64,000 nucleotides of DNA from the human T2T-CHM13v2.0 reference genome, Homo sapiens: assembly GCF_009914755.1 (NCBI RefSeq), contig NC_060928.1. One strand, 5' to 3'. The notes beneath the pieces are model-generated. The model worked only from the letters and a program-made list of their open reading frames with translations, made no database searches and had not been told where the DNA came from. Below are positions 26,901-39,599 of the stretch, piece after piece. Made by a program: the position numbers and the translations under genes. Each line of letters opens with the position of its first letter. Within the stretch, counting starts at the first letter, position 1.

Positions 26901-27864
26901 TATAGCTAATTAAGAAAAATACAAATACACAAAAATGTTTTAGAAAAATATTGTCAGAGGCAGAGATGGTAAAGAATAATACACAGACATATCCAGGTTG
27001 ATTTCATTAGAAAAAGGAAATGTATTTGATAGTACAATTCAGATGCTCATTTAGAGTTTTAACAGAATGTCACCTTCCCCTCTTTGCTTGTCACTGATTG
27101 TCTTCAAATCTTTTTAAAGAGATATTTTCCACGATTTTCCAGGAACCTTTTTAGCCTGTGCCCTTGATTTCGTATGAAGCCCTCTCTTCAGGTAGCTAAA
27201 TTGTAACCTGGCTAATCACAGTTAGTTCTCTCAGGCACGCAGGGGTATACAATTGCTGTCATATTGAATAAACCAAAGAATAGAACTGAATTTTTTAAAT
27301 CTGTTTTGGCTTGTTAAAGAATTGCTTATAATGGCAGTTTGTTTCTATTTACATAGGCATACATGTGTTAATTTTGGAAAAGCAAGATTCACTTAAAGAG
27401 GATGTATCCCAAATAAGGAAAGCTAGATTCCATCACCTAAATCCTCATCAGATTAGAATGTGAATGCTACAGTAAATTTTCAGTGTACAAACTAAATAAA
27501 ATAAATAATCACATTTTTAGTGAAGTGTAAGTCAAGATTTATCTGAGCCAGAATGCAAGCTGATTTCTTTAAAAAATAAATTGACAAAATCTTAAAGATT
27601 AGAAACACATATATGCACACAGTAACAATCCAAAATTTTTAAATGAAAAATTAAGAAAACCACCATAAATGAGACATTATAACCACAAGAGCTTAGATAT
27701 TGATCCTATAAAACACTTCATGTAACATAATATTTCAAGTACATAAGGATTAAAAAAAGACAGTGTTGCAAACATAAACAAGGAATATGAAATTATCCAA
27801 ATCAGTTAGAAACATATAAACTAGAATTAAGTAGAATTTCTAAACATATAATATACAATAATTA

Positions 27865-28125
<261 letters not shown>

Positions 28126-28523
28126 TCATTAGAATTAAAAGTTTACTGACTGCATGAAGTAGGTAATGATTTTTATCAGCTGAATGATATTCCTTAAAAA
28201 TCTATAATGCAACATGTTATGAAAAATATATAAAACAAAAAATTTAGGAAAGAGGATAATAGGGATTCCTGTTTTTCCTATTTAATATTTTTTGGCAGAT
28301 CTAGAAAATACAGGGAAAAATAATAATGGTTTTAAGAAATATGTAGAATTAAAGAAAAAATACCCTTGGTCATTGATGATATGATACCTATTCATGAAAT
28401 CCAAAATAATTTCCTGACAAATCATGAAAATATGAGATTAAGAATATAGCACTATGAGATTAAGATTTAAAAATTGCATTTTTATGCACCAACATGAAGT
28501 TGAGACATATGTAATATATTACA

Positions 28524-29152
28524 TGTTTATGAAAAGAGTGAAACTCTGTAAACCATTTCAAGATTTTTTTTTTGAGCCAAATATGGGTGACCACGGCCTA
28601 TGGCACAGCCCAGGAGATCCTGAAAACATGTGCCCAAGGTAGTCTGGAGCAGCTTGGTTTTATACAACTTAGGCAGACATGAAACATCAATCAAATACAT
28701 TTAAGATACACATTGGTTGGGTCTAGAAAGGCTGGACAACTCAAGGGTGGAGGGGGTTTGGGAGAGTGACAGGGGTAACTTTTAGGTTATAGGCAGATTT
28801 AACATTTTCTGATTGGCATTTGATTGAAAGATTTATCATCAATAGAAAGAAATGTTTGGGTTATGATAGGAAGTTGTGGAGACCAAAGTTTTATCATGCA
28901 CATGGAGCCTCCAGGTAGGAGATTTCAGAGAGATCCTACCTATTGCTTATCAGACTTAAGATCTGTGTTGATGTTAAATGCTGGTCAACTTTTCCTGAAT
29001 TCCAAAAGGGAGAAGGGCATAGTGAGGCATGTCCAACCCCCTCTTCCAATCGTGGCCTGAACCAGTCTTTCGGGTTAATTTTAGAGGGCCCCGGCCTAAA
29101 AGAGGAAGTCCACTCAGATGGTTGAGGGGCCTTAGAATATTTTTGGCTTACA
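28524..29152 (-). mobile_element. MER4-family ERV1 solo LTR (MER4B/MER4A1-like)
   Basis: tgtttatgaaaagagtgaaactctgtaaa...aacatgtgcccaaggt...ggggccttagaatatttttggcttaca. Confidence 0.85.
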
Positions 29153-29608
29153 TCCAGATAGATACACATGTAGGTAGATACTTATATGCACATATACATA
29201 CATGCATAGTAAACACAAAGATGCATGAACGAAATAAAAACCATTTGAAATAGCCACTAAAAATATGAAATTCTGAGAAATAAATAGAACATACATGTAA
29301 ATAAGGTTTTATTATTCTGAATGTTATAGAACTTTAGTCAATTCTGTGAGTATTGGCTTTATTACCCTTTTGCATCTGAGATAGCTTCTGTATTTTATAA
29401 CAAATTGTAAGGCAGGTTATCATATGTAATATGTTACATTCCCACTGCCTTCCAAAAATGTTTTTCCTCTGTAATCCTTATGACTGTTTCTATTGGATTA
29501 CTGTAGAGGAATTTCCTTCTCTATATACTTCTTAAATGTTGAATTTCTCAATGTGCTTAATATGCTCTCTATATTCTATTCCTAGTTGATCATATTGAAT
29601 TTCAGAGT

Positions 29609-29913
29609 GTTTTTTTTTTTTTTTTTTTTTTTGAGATGGAGTCTCCCTTTGTCACCCAGGCTGGAGTACAGTGGTGTGATCTTGGCTCACTGCAACCTCT
29701 GTCTCTTGGGTTCAAGTGATTCTCCTGCCTCAGCCTCCTGAGTAGCTGGGATTACAGGTGCGTGCCACCATGCCAGCCAATTTTTTGTATTTTTAGTAGA
29801 GACGGGGTTTCACGTTGTTAGCCAGGATGGTCTTGATTTCTTGACCTCATGATCTGCCCGCCTTGGCCTCCCAAAGTGCTGGGATTACAGACATGAGCCA
29901 CCGCGCCCAGCCG
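29609..29913 (-). mobile_element. AluSc-like
   Basis: ttagccaggatggtcttgatttcttgacctcatgatc; poly(T); ga(a/t)tttcagag TSD. Confidence 0.93.
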
Positions 29914-31280
29914 ATTTTCAGAGATTTTTAAAAATTAATTAGAGTCCTTTGACTTTAATTTATATGACCTGCCTTTATATTTAGTCTGAATTATTGACAT
30001 GAAAACATAATTGAGCATATCTACTAATGTATAAATCTAACATGTCTGAGGCTAGACTGTAGACATCTACATTATGTATTTCATGGATATTGTGAGATGA
30101 TGATACTGGTCATATTATAATCCATGTGATTGACACCACTTAGAAGAGCACATGGCTTGTGCAACGTTCCACAACATTCCTCCCCCATGTGTGTCCTCCT
30201 CCCTGGTCCTCATCACATCAGTAAAATAATACCTCTATTCGCTTAGTTGCTTCTGAAAAATGAAAATAAAAAACTAATATACATTTTGTGACTTCATCAC
30301 TTAAATATCACATCCAAGTTATGTGAATACTCTCAGTTGTACCTTAACTACACGAAAAGGGATGTGTAGTTGCAGGAATGATAGAGTAGGAAGCTGTGGA
30401 TTAAGCCACTACCTATAATCAATTGAATAATTGGGATAGCATCCTAACACTGATGCCAAAGCAGCATTTTAGGGACAAGACCCAGGACAGCTCCTCCAAT
30501 AACTGTACTAATAAACTGATGGACAAGACCTTTCAATAAATTAATTAGACTGGGGGTGGAAAGATATAGGCTTTAGGGGCAATTATAAAGAAAGTGCTCA
30601 GTAAATATGCCATATTTTGGTTAGAAAGATTGAAGAAACTCAAAAAGGCCCCAAAATGATAATTCTGAAGAAATCCAACTGTGGAATAACCTCATGGCTG
30701 AAAACAAATGTCAGACTTTAACACAGCTGGAGAAAAGAGGCATTACTTTCAAAGGAGCAATTACAAGAGTACCATCAACTTCAGAAGAGAAGATACCACA
30801 GTGATATCTTCAAAGTGCTATAGGAAAATTAATCCTATCCTAGAATGCAACTAAGTGAATAGTACAATGCATGGAAAGATGAAAAAGCTAAAATGCAACT
30901 ATGAAGATTAGTTTCAGCTTTCAAATATTTTATCTTTTATTCCTTATAGCTAGAACTTAGGTTGTGTGGTATAAGAATGGGGTATTAAACTGCAGAGAGT
31001 AGGGCCAGAATCAGGGAAGAGGGTGGGCCCAGATCGTGCATTAGCCACTTGCAATGCTGCTGCCTAACCAGGCAACAGAAAGGGGCTCTGCAGTTTGTAG
31101 AAGTGAAAAAAATAATAATAATAACAAGGGAGAAAAAGAGGGTGATATCACCTATTGATTAATTTGCATCCTGTTTTCACCAAGAATGAGAGCTAATAAC
31201 TTCCCTTTCCTAATCTAAATATACCTCGGCTCTGAGTCATGGGTCCTTCTTTGCTAAAAACCTGAAAAATAAAATATCAA

Positions 31281-31748
31281 TGTGATGGTTAATTTTATAT
31301 GTCAACTTAACTGGGCTAAGGGCTGCCCTGATAGCTGGTAAAGCAATAATTCTGTGTGTGTATATAAGGGTGTCAGTGGATGAAATTAGCATTTAAATGA
31401 GTAGATTAAGTGAGGATTTCCCACACCAACACTGGTGGGTATTATCCAATCCACTGAGGAACATAATGGAACAAAAAGGAGGAGGAAGAGTGAAATCAAC
31501 TCTTCTTGAGCTGAGATATCTATCTTCTTCCCTCAGACATCAGCACTCCTGGTTCTCAGGCCTTCATACTCAGACTGAATTATACCACTGGATTTCCTGG
31601 TTCTTCAACTTGCAGACAGCAGATCATAAAGTTGGCCTTTATAACTGTATGAGCCAGTTCCTATAATAAATCTCTTCTTATGTATGTTTTCCTATATATA
31701 CTACTGGTTCTGTTTCTCTGGGGAACTTTGGAGAATCTTGGCTAATAC
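31281..31748 (+). mobile_element. MLT2 (ERVL) solo LTR, MLT2D-like
   Basis: tgtgatggttaattttatatgtcaactt...cctataataaatctc...ggttctgtttctctgg...ctaatac. Confidence 0.9.
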
Positions 31749-32769
31749 TATCCACATTTTAGTATTTCCTTAAAGGACTTCATGAAGACTGGCACCCAGG
31801 ACATTTTAGAAGAGAGAGCCTCCTTCTAAAATAAAGAAGAAGGCAAAGGTTTGAAAGATTGGTGGATGTACAGGTAGCCCAACATGAGGGAAGATGATTG
31901 GAATTGCTGAGACTGGATTCACAAAGCATTACAAATGTTCCAAAAGTAGGGAAAATCTACATGTTGTCCCTAGCCAATATTTGGAAAGTGTATTTCTCCA
32001 TGGAGAAGAACTGACATGAGGTACCTTATTTTGGAGTCTTACAAGAATTTGGCTTGGAAGTAGGGTAAATGTTTTTAATTGCAAAGTATGAGCTTGACTG
32101 TGTATATTTCAGTGGCAAACATAAAAGGAGGAAGCCTAGAGACTCCTCTCCTTCAAGTTTATTTACCGTGTTATCCACCACAACCTGACCTAAAGCTTCT
32201 ATAAGACCACAGAATCAAACTCAAGTCTTAGTGATTGTGGTCTTATGACTATTTGGCATTTATTAGCTACTAAGCATTTGAATAATTTTTCTACTTGAGG
32301 GTATCAGTTTGTTAGAGGACAAGGCTCTGCTTTAAACAAGGGAAGCCAAGCTGGCATATCTTTCCATTTGTTGTCTCTTATTAACAAGGATATGGTCAAT
32401 CAGCAAATCAGATATTCCAGCCTGGGATTCTGAATCTTGAGGAAAAGTTGTAAGTACACACGAGACTTTATTTCTAGAGTCCAATAGTGACTTCGGCTGC
32501 AAGTCCTGCACCACATTGTAATCAAGTGTCTTAACACTGGAGAGTGATCAGGACTGTCCAGGACAGATAAGCCAGCAGTGTAGTCCTAACCTGACTATTC
32601 CTGTGCAATGGCTTTGGGCGTGAATTCTGTTGCCCAACCTCTTTGCTTTTCCAGGTACTAGTTCCCCAGCCATTTCAATGATTCTGAGTCCCAGTTAAAG
32701 TCTATCAGTCTCTTCTACTTTTGGTAGCCTTAAGCTGCCTTAAGTGGGGACGTACTATTGAGGAAAAAT

Positions 32770-34100
32770 AAAAATAGTCCAATCCTCACTGTATTTGTAA
32801 TATGATGGAGAAAAAAGATTAATTAAATATTCAAAAAATATAAGAAAGGAATTATAACAAATGCTATTAAGTTTTAGATATATGGTGCTATGAGATTCAA
32901 TAATGTAGGACTAGATTTAGGTATGCAGATCAAGAAAGGTTTCTGTGCAAAAATTACACTGAATATCATATCTAATGGGTGGCTGGAAACAAAAGACCAT
33001 GCCAAGCAGAGAGAGGATGTGTGTAAAGATTAAAATGTGCATGGCAAGGAAGAAGGACTAAAAGGTCAGTGTGTAGATAGGGAAGGAACAGAGATTGACA
33101 AAGATGTTGTAGTAGGCAAAGATCACATTGTAAAAGGACTTATAGGTCATATTAATTTTGGTCATAATTATATTAGCCATGGAAAGCTGCTGAAGAATTT
33201 GAACCATGATGTGACATGACCAGATTTGATTTTAGAAAATGTCTCCAGAAGCAGTGTGAAGAAAGGATTAGAGGAAATTCAGTGAATAGGAGGAGGACAT
33301 TCATTATTTTGCAAGTCTAGGTGAAAGATGGTATTTCCTGAGACTGTATTGATGAAAACAGGAAAAGAGAGAAATGAATAGTTTAAAGAGAAAGTTAGAG
33401 CTACGATTACTAGAATTTGGTGATGGTTTTGTTATATGGAGCTGAAAGAGAGCTATGTAGTGTGACTTCTTGGTTTCTTGCTTGATCAACTGAGTGGAGG
33501 ATTGTGTCTTTGAACAAGATTAGAGATATGTGAAAGGACTTTACTTGTCATACATATCAGTTGTTGGGGGGCGGGTGGCAACTTGTGCAGTGAGAGGTGG
33601 AGGGAGAGATCTATGGCTTAGTCTTTGCATTCAGCTGTTTGGACTGCTATGACAAAATACAATAAAATGGGTGTTTTATAAACAACAGAAATGTAATTCT
33701 TACATTTCTGGAAACTGGGAATTCCAAAATCAAGGCGTCAGCACATCTGATGTCTGCTCAGGTCCCATTTCTCATAGACAGCAGTCTTCTCACTGTAACG
33801 TCACATAGCAGAAGGGGCTTGAACTCTCTCTCATATCTCTTTTATAAGGGCACTGATCTCATTCATGTGAGCCTTGCCCCGATGACCTAATCACCTCAAA
33901 AAGGTTCCAGCTTCTAATATTATCAGCATGGGTTAAAGTTTCAACATATGAATTTTGGGGGAATATACACTTTCAGGCCATTACAGTCTTAGATATGCAT
34001 CTTAGATACGCTGAGTTTAAGATGTTTGTGAGGTAGGTGAATATGTAGGTGTTGAAGCCAAAGTAAGACTTTAGGCTGTGAGTGGTTTGCGTATAATTGA
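32770..34100 (-). mobile_element. L2, interrupted by MLT1A
   Basis: gaaagctgctgaagaatttgaac...tgacatgaccagatttg; gtttcttgcttgatcaactgagtgga; resumes gctgagtttaagatg. Confidence 0.7.
33626..33985 (-). mobile_element. MLT1A-type MaLR solo LTR nested in L2
   Basis: gactgctatgacaaaatac...tttataagggcactgatctcattcatg...tttcaacatatgaattttgggg; perfect TSD GTCTT at 33621-33625 and 33986-33990. Confidence 0.9.
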
Positions 34101-34486
34101 AGAAAATAGTAGGAATGAGTTTGCTGAAACAATCTAACAAGAAAAGAGAAACTAAAATTGGGTTTTAGCATGATGGAAGGAAGAAATAGAGTGTGCTTGA
34201 GAGCAAGTGCATTCAATCTTAAATATGGCTGTAGATTTCATTTATTGTTTGATTTTTTTAAAGGAAACATACAGAGGAATTTCACAAGAAAATAGCTACA
34301 CATTATTACCTTCATTTCATCATTGGAGGTTAAATCATGTCACTTAAAACATAGCAAGATAACTTAAAAATTTAATAACAACTACCTTATTATTCAGGGC
34401 ATAATGCTCAACCTTAAAATGTTAATAAATGTTGTCTTAAAAATGGATTTTGATCTAATTATCTCTGACCTATTATATGGCTATAT

Positions 34487-34583
34487 ATTTTCTCTTTTTT
34501 TATTTTATTTTATTATTTATTATACTTTAAGCTCTAGGGTACATGTGCACAACGTGCAGGTTTTTTACATATGTATACATGTG
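34487..34583 (-). mobile_element. Extremely 5'-truncated young L1PA (about 95 bp)
   Basis: tattatactttaagctctagggtacatgtgcacaacgtgcagg; TSD ttatatggctatat at 34473-34486 and 34584-34597. Confidence 0.92.
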
Positions 34584-34790
34584 TTATATGGCTATATTTT
34601 AAAGCCAGCTTAATATTGTATAGCTTTTCATTGCTCACCTAAGAAAAGACTTTTGGGGTCTGCATAAGACATAGAATAAATATAAATCTTATAAAGGCAT
34701 AAGAACTTTGTTCAAATGATGATGTAATATTTTTAATTAAAAAACAAAATGTACTATTTAATAGTTATTTTCTATTAAATCTCTTTCGAG

Positions 34791-34792
<2 letters not shown>

Positions 34793-34827
<35 letters not shown>
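34793..34827. repeat. (GT)17 microsatellite
   Basis: Perfect dinucleotide run. Confidence 0.95.
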
Positions 34828-34828
<1 letters not shown>

Positions 34829-35159
34829 TGTAATCTCATTCACATCAAGTTATCAAAGAAAGAGATTCATTTACATTTATGCTTCTTCCTGAATTGGTAG
34901 ATTTGACTATCCATTTTCAAGGAAAAGTAACTTAGAAAAGCCAAGCAAACTATACATAAAATCAGATAATCAAAACTTAATTTGAATTATAAGAGATATA
35001 TATGAAAGACATTATGTCAGATATGTTGCCGTCAATAAAATATTTACACTTGTTGAAATGTAAGAGTAAACTAAAATGATTATCTTTTAAAAATCAACCT
35101 GCTGAATACCCACCAGCATATCTGCCATTGGTAAATTAGATTTAAAAATCACCGTTTTT

Positions 35160-35340
35160 TCACTGAGTACACATGGATACAAGAAGGGAATAACAGACAC
35201 TTGGGCCTACTTGAAAGTTGATGGATCAAAAAACTACCTGTTGGGTACTATGCAAACTCCCATGCCATATAATTTACCTACATAACAAATTTGCACATGT
35301 ACCCTGAAGCTAAAATAAAGCTAAAAAATAAGCAAAATAA
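35160..35340 (+). mobile_element. L1PB-like 3' UTR fragment
   Basis: gtacacatggatacaagaagggaataacagacact...tgcacatgtaccctgaagctaaaataaa. Confidence 0.8.
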
Positions 35341-35534
35341 TAGCTTTTTGATAGTAATTAAAATAAAATCCATAGTTCAGCTGATTATCATTTTATTGTT
35401 CATTTTATTGCATTTTTATAGGGTTCACTCTTCAAAATTGTGAATTCTAAAAAGGCAACCAGCATAAGCCAACAAAAATTTTTCAATTTTTGGCTTGTTT
35501 AATTTTTATATACATTAAAACAGAATATTCAATG

Positions 35535-35739
35535 TTCATTGTCTTTGCTTCTCTGGGCCACATTGGAAGAAGAAGTATTGTCTTGGGTGAAATGTAAAAT
35601 ACGCTAACACTAACAAGAGCTGACGAGCTGAAAAAAAAATCGTATAATGTTTTAAGAAAGTTTACAAATTTATGTTGGGCCACATTCAAAGCCATCTTCA
35701 GCCATATGCAACCCACGGGCCATGGCTTGAACAAGCTTG
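35535..35739. mobile_element. MER30 hAT-Charlie MITE
   Basis: ctgggccacattggaagaagaa...aagaaagtttacaaatttatgttgggccacattcaaagcc...aacaagcttg. Confidence 0.85.
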
Positions 35740-37336
35740 CACTAAAATCTATATTCAGAACAATTAAAAATAGTATTATTTCAGCCTTTCATAATGATGC
35801 AAACTCTAAATTACGTGCGGCAATAAAAACTAACAGAAGAAAAGGAGGAGAAGCCAAGAGCTACATTTGACTACAGGTAAATGAGGCGACCATTAACTCT
35901 GTAAAATGAATGATGCTAAATGTCACTAAATGTCAATCTCATCACAATATGTCTACATTAGAAAAAGTATCATACTTCCTTTCTCTTGACAAATGGATCA
36001 ATGGACTCATATAAAAGGCAATGCTATAGTCTCCTATTCCAAATGAGATAGGAACTCCTTATATATTATTTTCCAGTATGGTCATAACAACCTTCCAAAC
36101 TCTGGACTCTTACTTTTCCATGTTTTATAGTCTTGCTTTTGCCTGATTATGTGCTTGCTGTTTCAGCTAAAATTTCAAACCTCACTGTACTGGCTACAGG
36201 AAAGTGAGAATCTACTTACCTGCTGAATTATGTAGGTGACATATACGGAAGGTGAAAAGAATATAGTTTAGAAATTCAATGTTATAAGAGAGACATTGAA
36301 GACTGGAACGTTTTCTGAATTCTTATTTATAATAACCAGATGGCTGACTCAATGATTCCAATGGGTTTTTTAAAAATTTGCTTTAAGTCAGTCTTGTCAT
36401 TAAATATTCACCCTTTTTCTATATATTTCATTCTCTTCAAAATATGATACTTTGTCTTATTTTAACCATGTTTTGAAAAACAGAAAACCATAAACATGTA
36501 TAGCTCAAGTTTTGAGCATTAACATGCATATCTTTAAATGAAAAAACTACCAAATGTTTAAAATTTGCTCTAAAATTAACTCTAATTACTATCTTTGGTC
36601 AATGGATGTATAATAATATGTCAAAACAAAATTAAACTATTTAAAGACTTATAATGTTTTATATTATCTGGGAAGTATATAGACGTTGAAACTTTGGAGA
36701 ATTCTGTCTTCCTTTATGTGGTTAGCTAGGTTTAAAACGTACACCCTTCAGTGAAGAGAAAACAACACAAAAGTACCCAACCCTGAATAATCTGAATAAT
36801 CAAGCAAATATTAGTTTCAAAAGGTTTTTTGACGCATAACCTACTATAAAGTGCACAGATCTTAAATGTTTAGTTCAAGTAATTTTTAAATATGTGTATG
36901 CCTATATATGAAGCATAGTTATAGCCTGCTATTTAGAACAGTAAGAATCAGATTATAGTTAGTGGGTTCATGGCTAAATAATATGTTTTTATCTTAACAT
37001 CTAAAAGGTGATTCCCACCCCCACCCCGCCCTGAGTGCTATCATCAACTGACATGAAGTTTTAAATTTCTAATTTTGATTTTATCATCACTGTTTTTACC
37101 TTTAAGTCCATACTGTTTCATTCATACAAAATTATTCAAAAGGACAAATTAAAAGAAAACCAAACTGTAATGACACAACACAGTTCATCTATTCAAATCC
37201 GTCTCACGTGTTTCCATTTTTTAAGCTCTACAAGTGCATCCTGATAGTCATATCAATATCAGAATAGATATTTAATAGTTACTATGTAATAGTCTTCTTT
37301 AAATTATTTTCTATATATTGTGATATAAATGTATAA

Positions 37337-37945
37337 CCAGCCTACACTTAACATTTGGTGGGTTCAGGACTAGAGAATACATAGAAACCAATATACCTCA
37401 TATCAAAGTGTTTATGATATATATATGAAGTTATAAATGTTAAATATAATATTATATGTTCTACCTTCAAAAATAGACCTTTATAAGGTTCTTGACTTTC
37501 CAGATCTGAATTTATATTTCATGGACTCCTTAGCCTGTGTACCTTCCCCTGCCCCTGTTTTCTCCATACCTGAATCTATTCAATCCCAAGAGACCTTTAT
37601 GCATGCTATGGATATCCCAGATGACACTGCATTCCGAGCATCCATAGCCATTTGATAGAAGTCCTCATGCCACTTCTAAGGTCACTCCGTGGTCCTGGGG
37701 TGTATACATTATGGTGTGTTGGTCTTTATTTGGAAAGTCTAGGAGAAGAGAAGAGAAGCCTGGAAGTGGGTTCAAGGCAGTTTGGATAGACAATTCCAGG
37801 TTCCCAGGTCCTTTAAATTCAGAAGTTGTGAGATTCTGGTTTCTCATGGACAAGTCTTCATTCAGTAGAGACAAATGTGACTGGATCTGGGTCCAGGTGA
37901 GGCCCAATGAAGGAGCCTCGATTGCTCAGATCTAGGATAGTAATG
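37337..37945. mobile_element. Probable old hAT-Tip100-type DNA transposon fossil
   Basis: Terminal regions (catttggtgggttcagg; ggtgaggcccaatg) resemble hAT-Tip100 elements; family not certain. Confidence 0.3.
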
Positions 37946-38069
37946 TATAAGTGTACACACATTAAAAATAATTATAAAGACAGCTGTCAACTTTCCTTTC
38001 TAGTATATTGAATAGTTTGAGACGAATGAATGATCCCACTGAGAACAACCATTTAGCAATATTTGTTAA

Positions 38070-38585
38070 TGCTGATCTTACACTCTATCTATAGTCCCAC
38101 CCTTAGGTATACACCCATAGAAATATACACACATGTGCACCAAAAGATAGGTACAAGATTGATTGGTCTATCATTGTTCATTATTGCCTCAAACTGAAAA
38201 CAACCAGACTGAGCATACATACAGAATGCATAAAGCAACAGTGGAATACAATTGAGCAATTAAAACAAATAAGCTTTGCTAAATGCATTGCAAAGAAACT
38301 AGACACACTCAAAGAATATATCCTGTATGATCCCACTTGTACAAATCCTTAAATTGGTAAAACTAACCTATAAAGATTTAAATCGACATAGTGGTTAGTT
38401 TTTAGACATATGTTAATGTAAGTCATCTATTAATATCTCAAATGTGGTGCCTGCATTACTGGCAATGTTTTATTTTTTATTTGGGCAGTGGTAATGTGTT
38501 TATATTCACTTTGTAAAAATTCATCAAGCTGTACTTTACAATTTGTGCACTTTTCTCTGAATATGCTATATTTAAATTTATCTAA
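38070..38585 (+). mobile_element. L1ME 3' end
   Basis: taggtatacacccatagaaat...cactttgtaaaaattcatcaagctgtac...tttgtgcacttttc. Confidence 0.8.
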
Positions 38586-38669
38586 AATAATTAAAGAGTT
38601 ACTTAGAGCAGTGTGTTTAGAGATTGCAAAGTTGGTGAAGATTTTTTTTTTTTAATAATCGAAACAGAT

Positions 38670-39500
38670 TCTTCTAATTAGTGTCTTACTGGAATCTCTT
38701 ATATGACAATTCTAATCCCTGGTCATCAGATTTTTCTGTATTACTTCAGTGACAGGAAATTAACTTCCAAGTTAGTTCATTTATATTTTTGAGAATTCTA
38801 ATGGATATGTGAGGCTTATGTAAAACAAAACCTCATCTGCCTTCAATTACCCTTGAATGTTAACTTTATCCTCTAGAATACACAAATTATGAAATGTCCC
38901 CCTAAACGATTCAGCCTCTGAATAGTTGAAGTGTTTGTGGCTCTTCTCCAGGTCATGTATTTCTTCGGCTAACAGAACTACTTCCTGCCATTTTCTTTAT
39001 AAGTATATGGTCGTAAACAATTTCTCCATTCTGTTTACTCCTCTCCAGTCAACCAACTACTAATAGTTTAATCTAGGATCCGAATCTAAGTTAAATTTAA
39101 CAAGTGCAATATGAGCAGCACAGATGCGTGGTGCAAATGTCACCTCCCTTGATCTGAACATTGGCCGTGAGTTCACTGCATCCAATCCCATTGGCTTTGC
39201 TGGCAGCCATAACACTGATGACTCTGAGCTAACAGTCAAATAGACCTTCTGAGCCTTTTTGACGTGAAATGATATAGAACTTTTCCAGGTGGAGACTATT
39301 TCCCTAGATATGAATTCAGTTTTTTTTTTCATCTGTAATAAAACTTCATATTGTTGGTCTTGGGCCATCACTTCAGTTCCTGAGATAATTCTCTATCTGA
39401 AGTTTACCTTCCCAACTTTCCTTCACTGGATATCTGATAAATAATTTTGTGTCTTTATATTTGTTGTAGATAATGTTGAACAGAAATGAGTACCTAAGCT
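38670..39500 (-). mobile_element. L3/CR1 LINE fragment
   Basis: cacctcccttgatctgaaca...ggcagccataacactg; minus ORF SRPMFRSREV resembles the CR1 RT C-terminal region. Confidence 0.65.
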
Positions 39501-39599
39501 TTTATTTATAATGATCTTTTCTCACCATAAGGAGAAACAGCAGATTCCAGAGTGGAACAGAAAATTATAAGCATAGAACATCTTGTCATATAAGAAAGA

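Noticed and set aside
31750-32750. Non-AT-extreme stretch that might be coding or LTR-derived
   Set aside because: No recognisable protein motif; probably an ancient repeat I cannot assign
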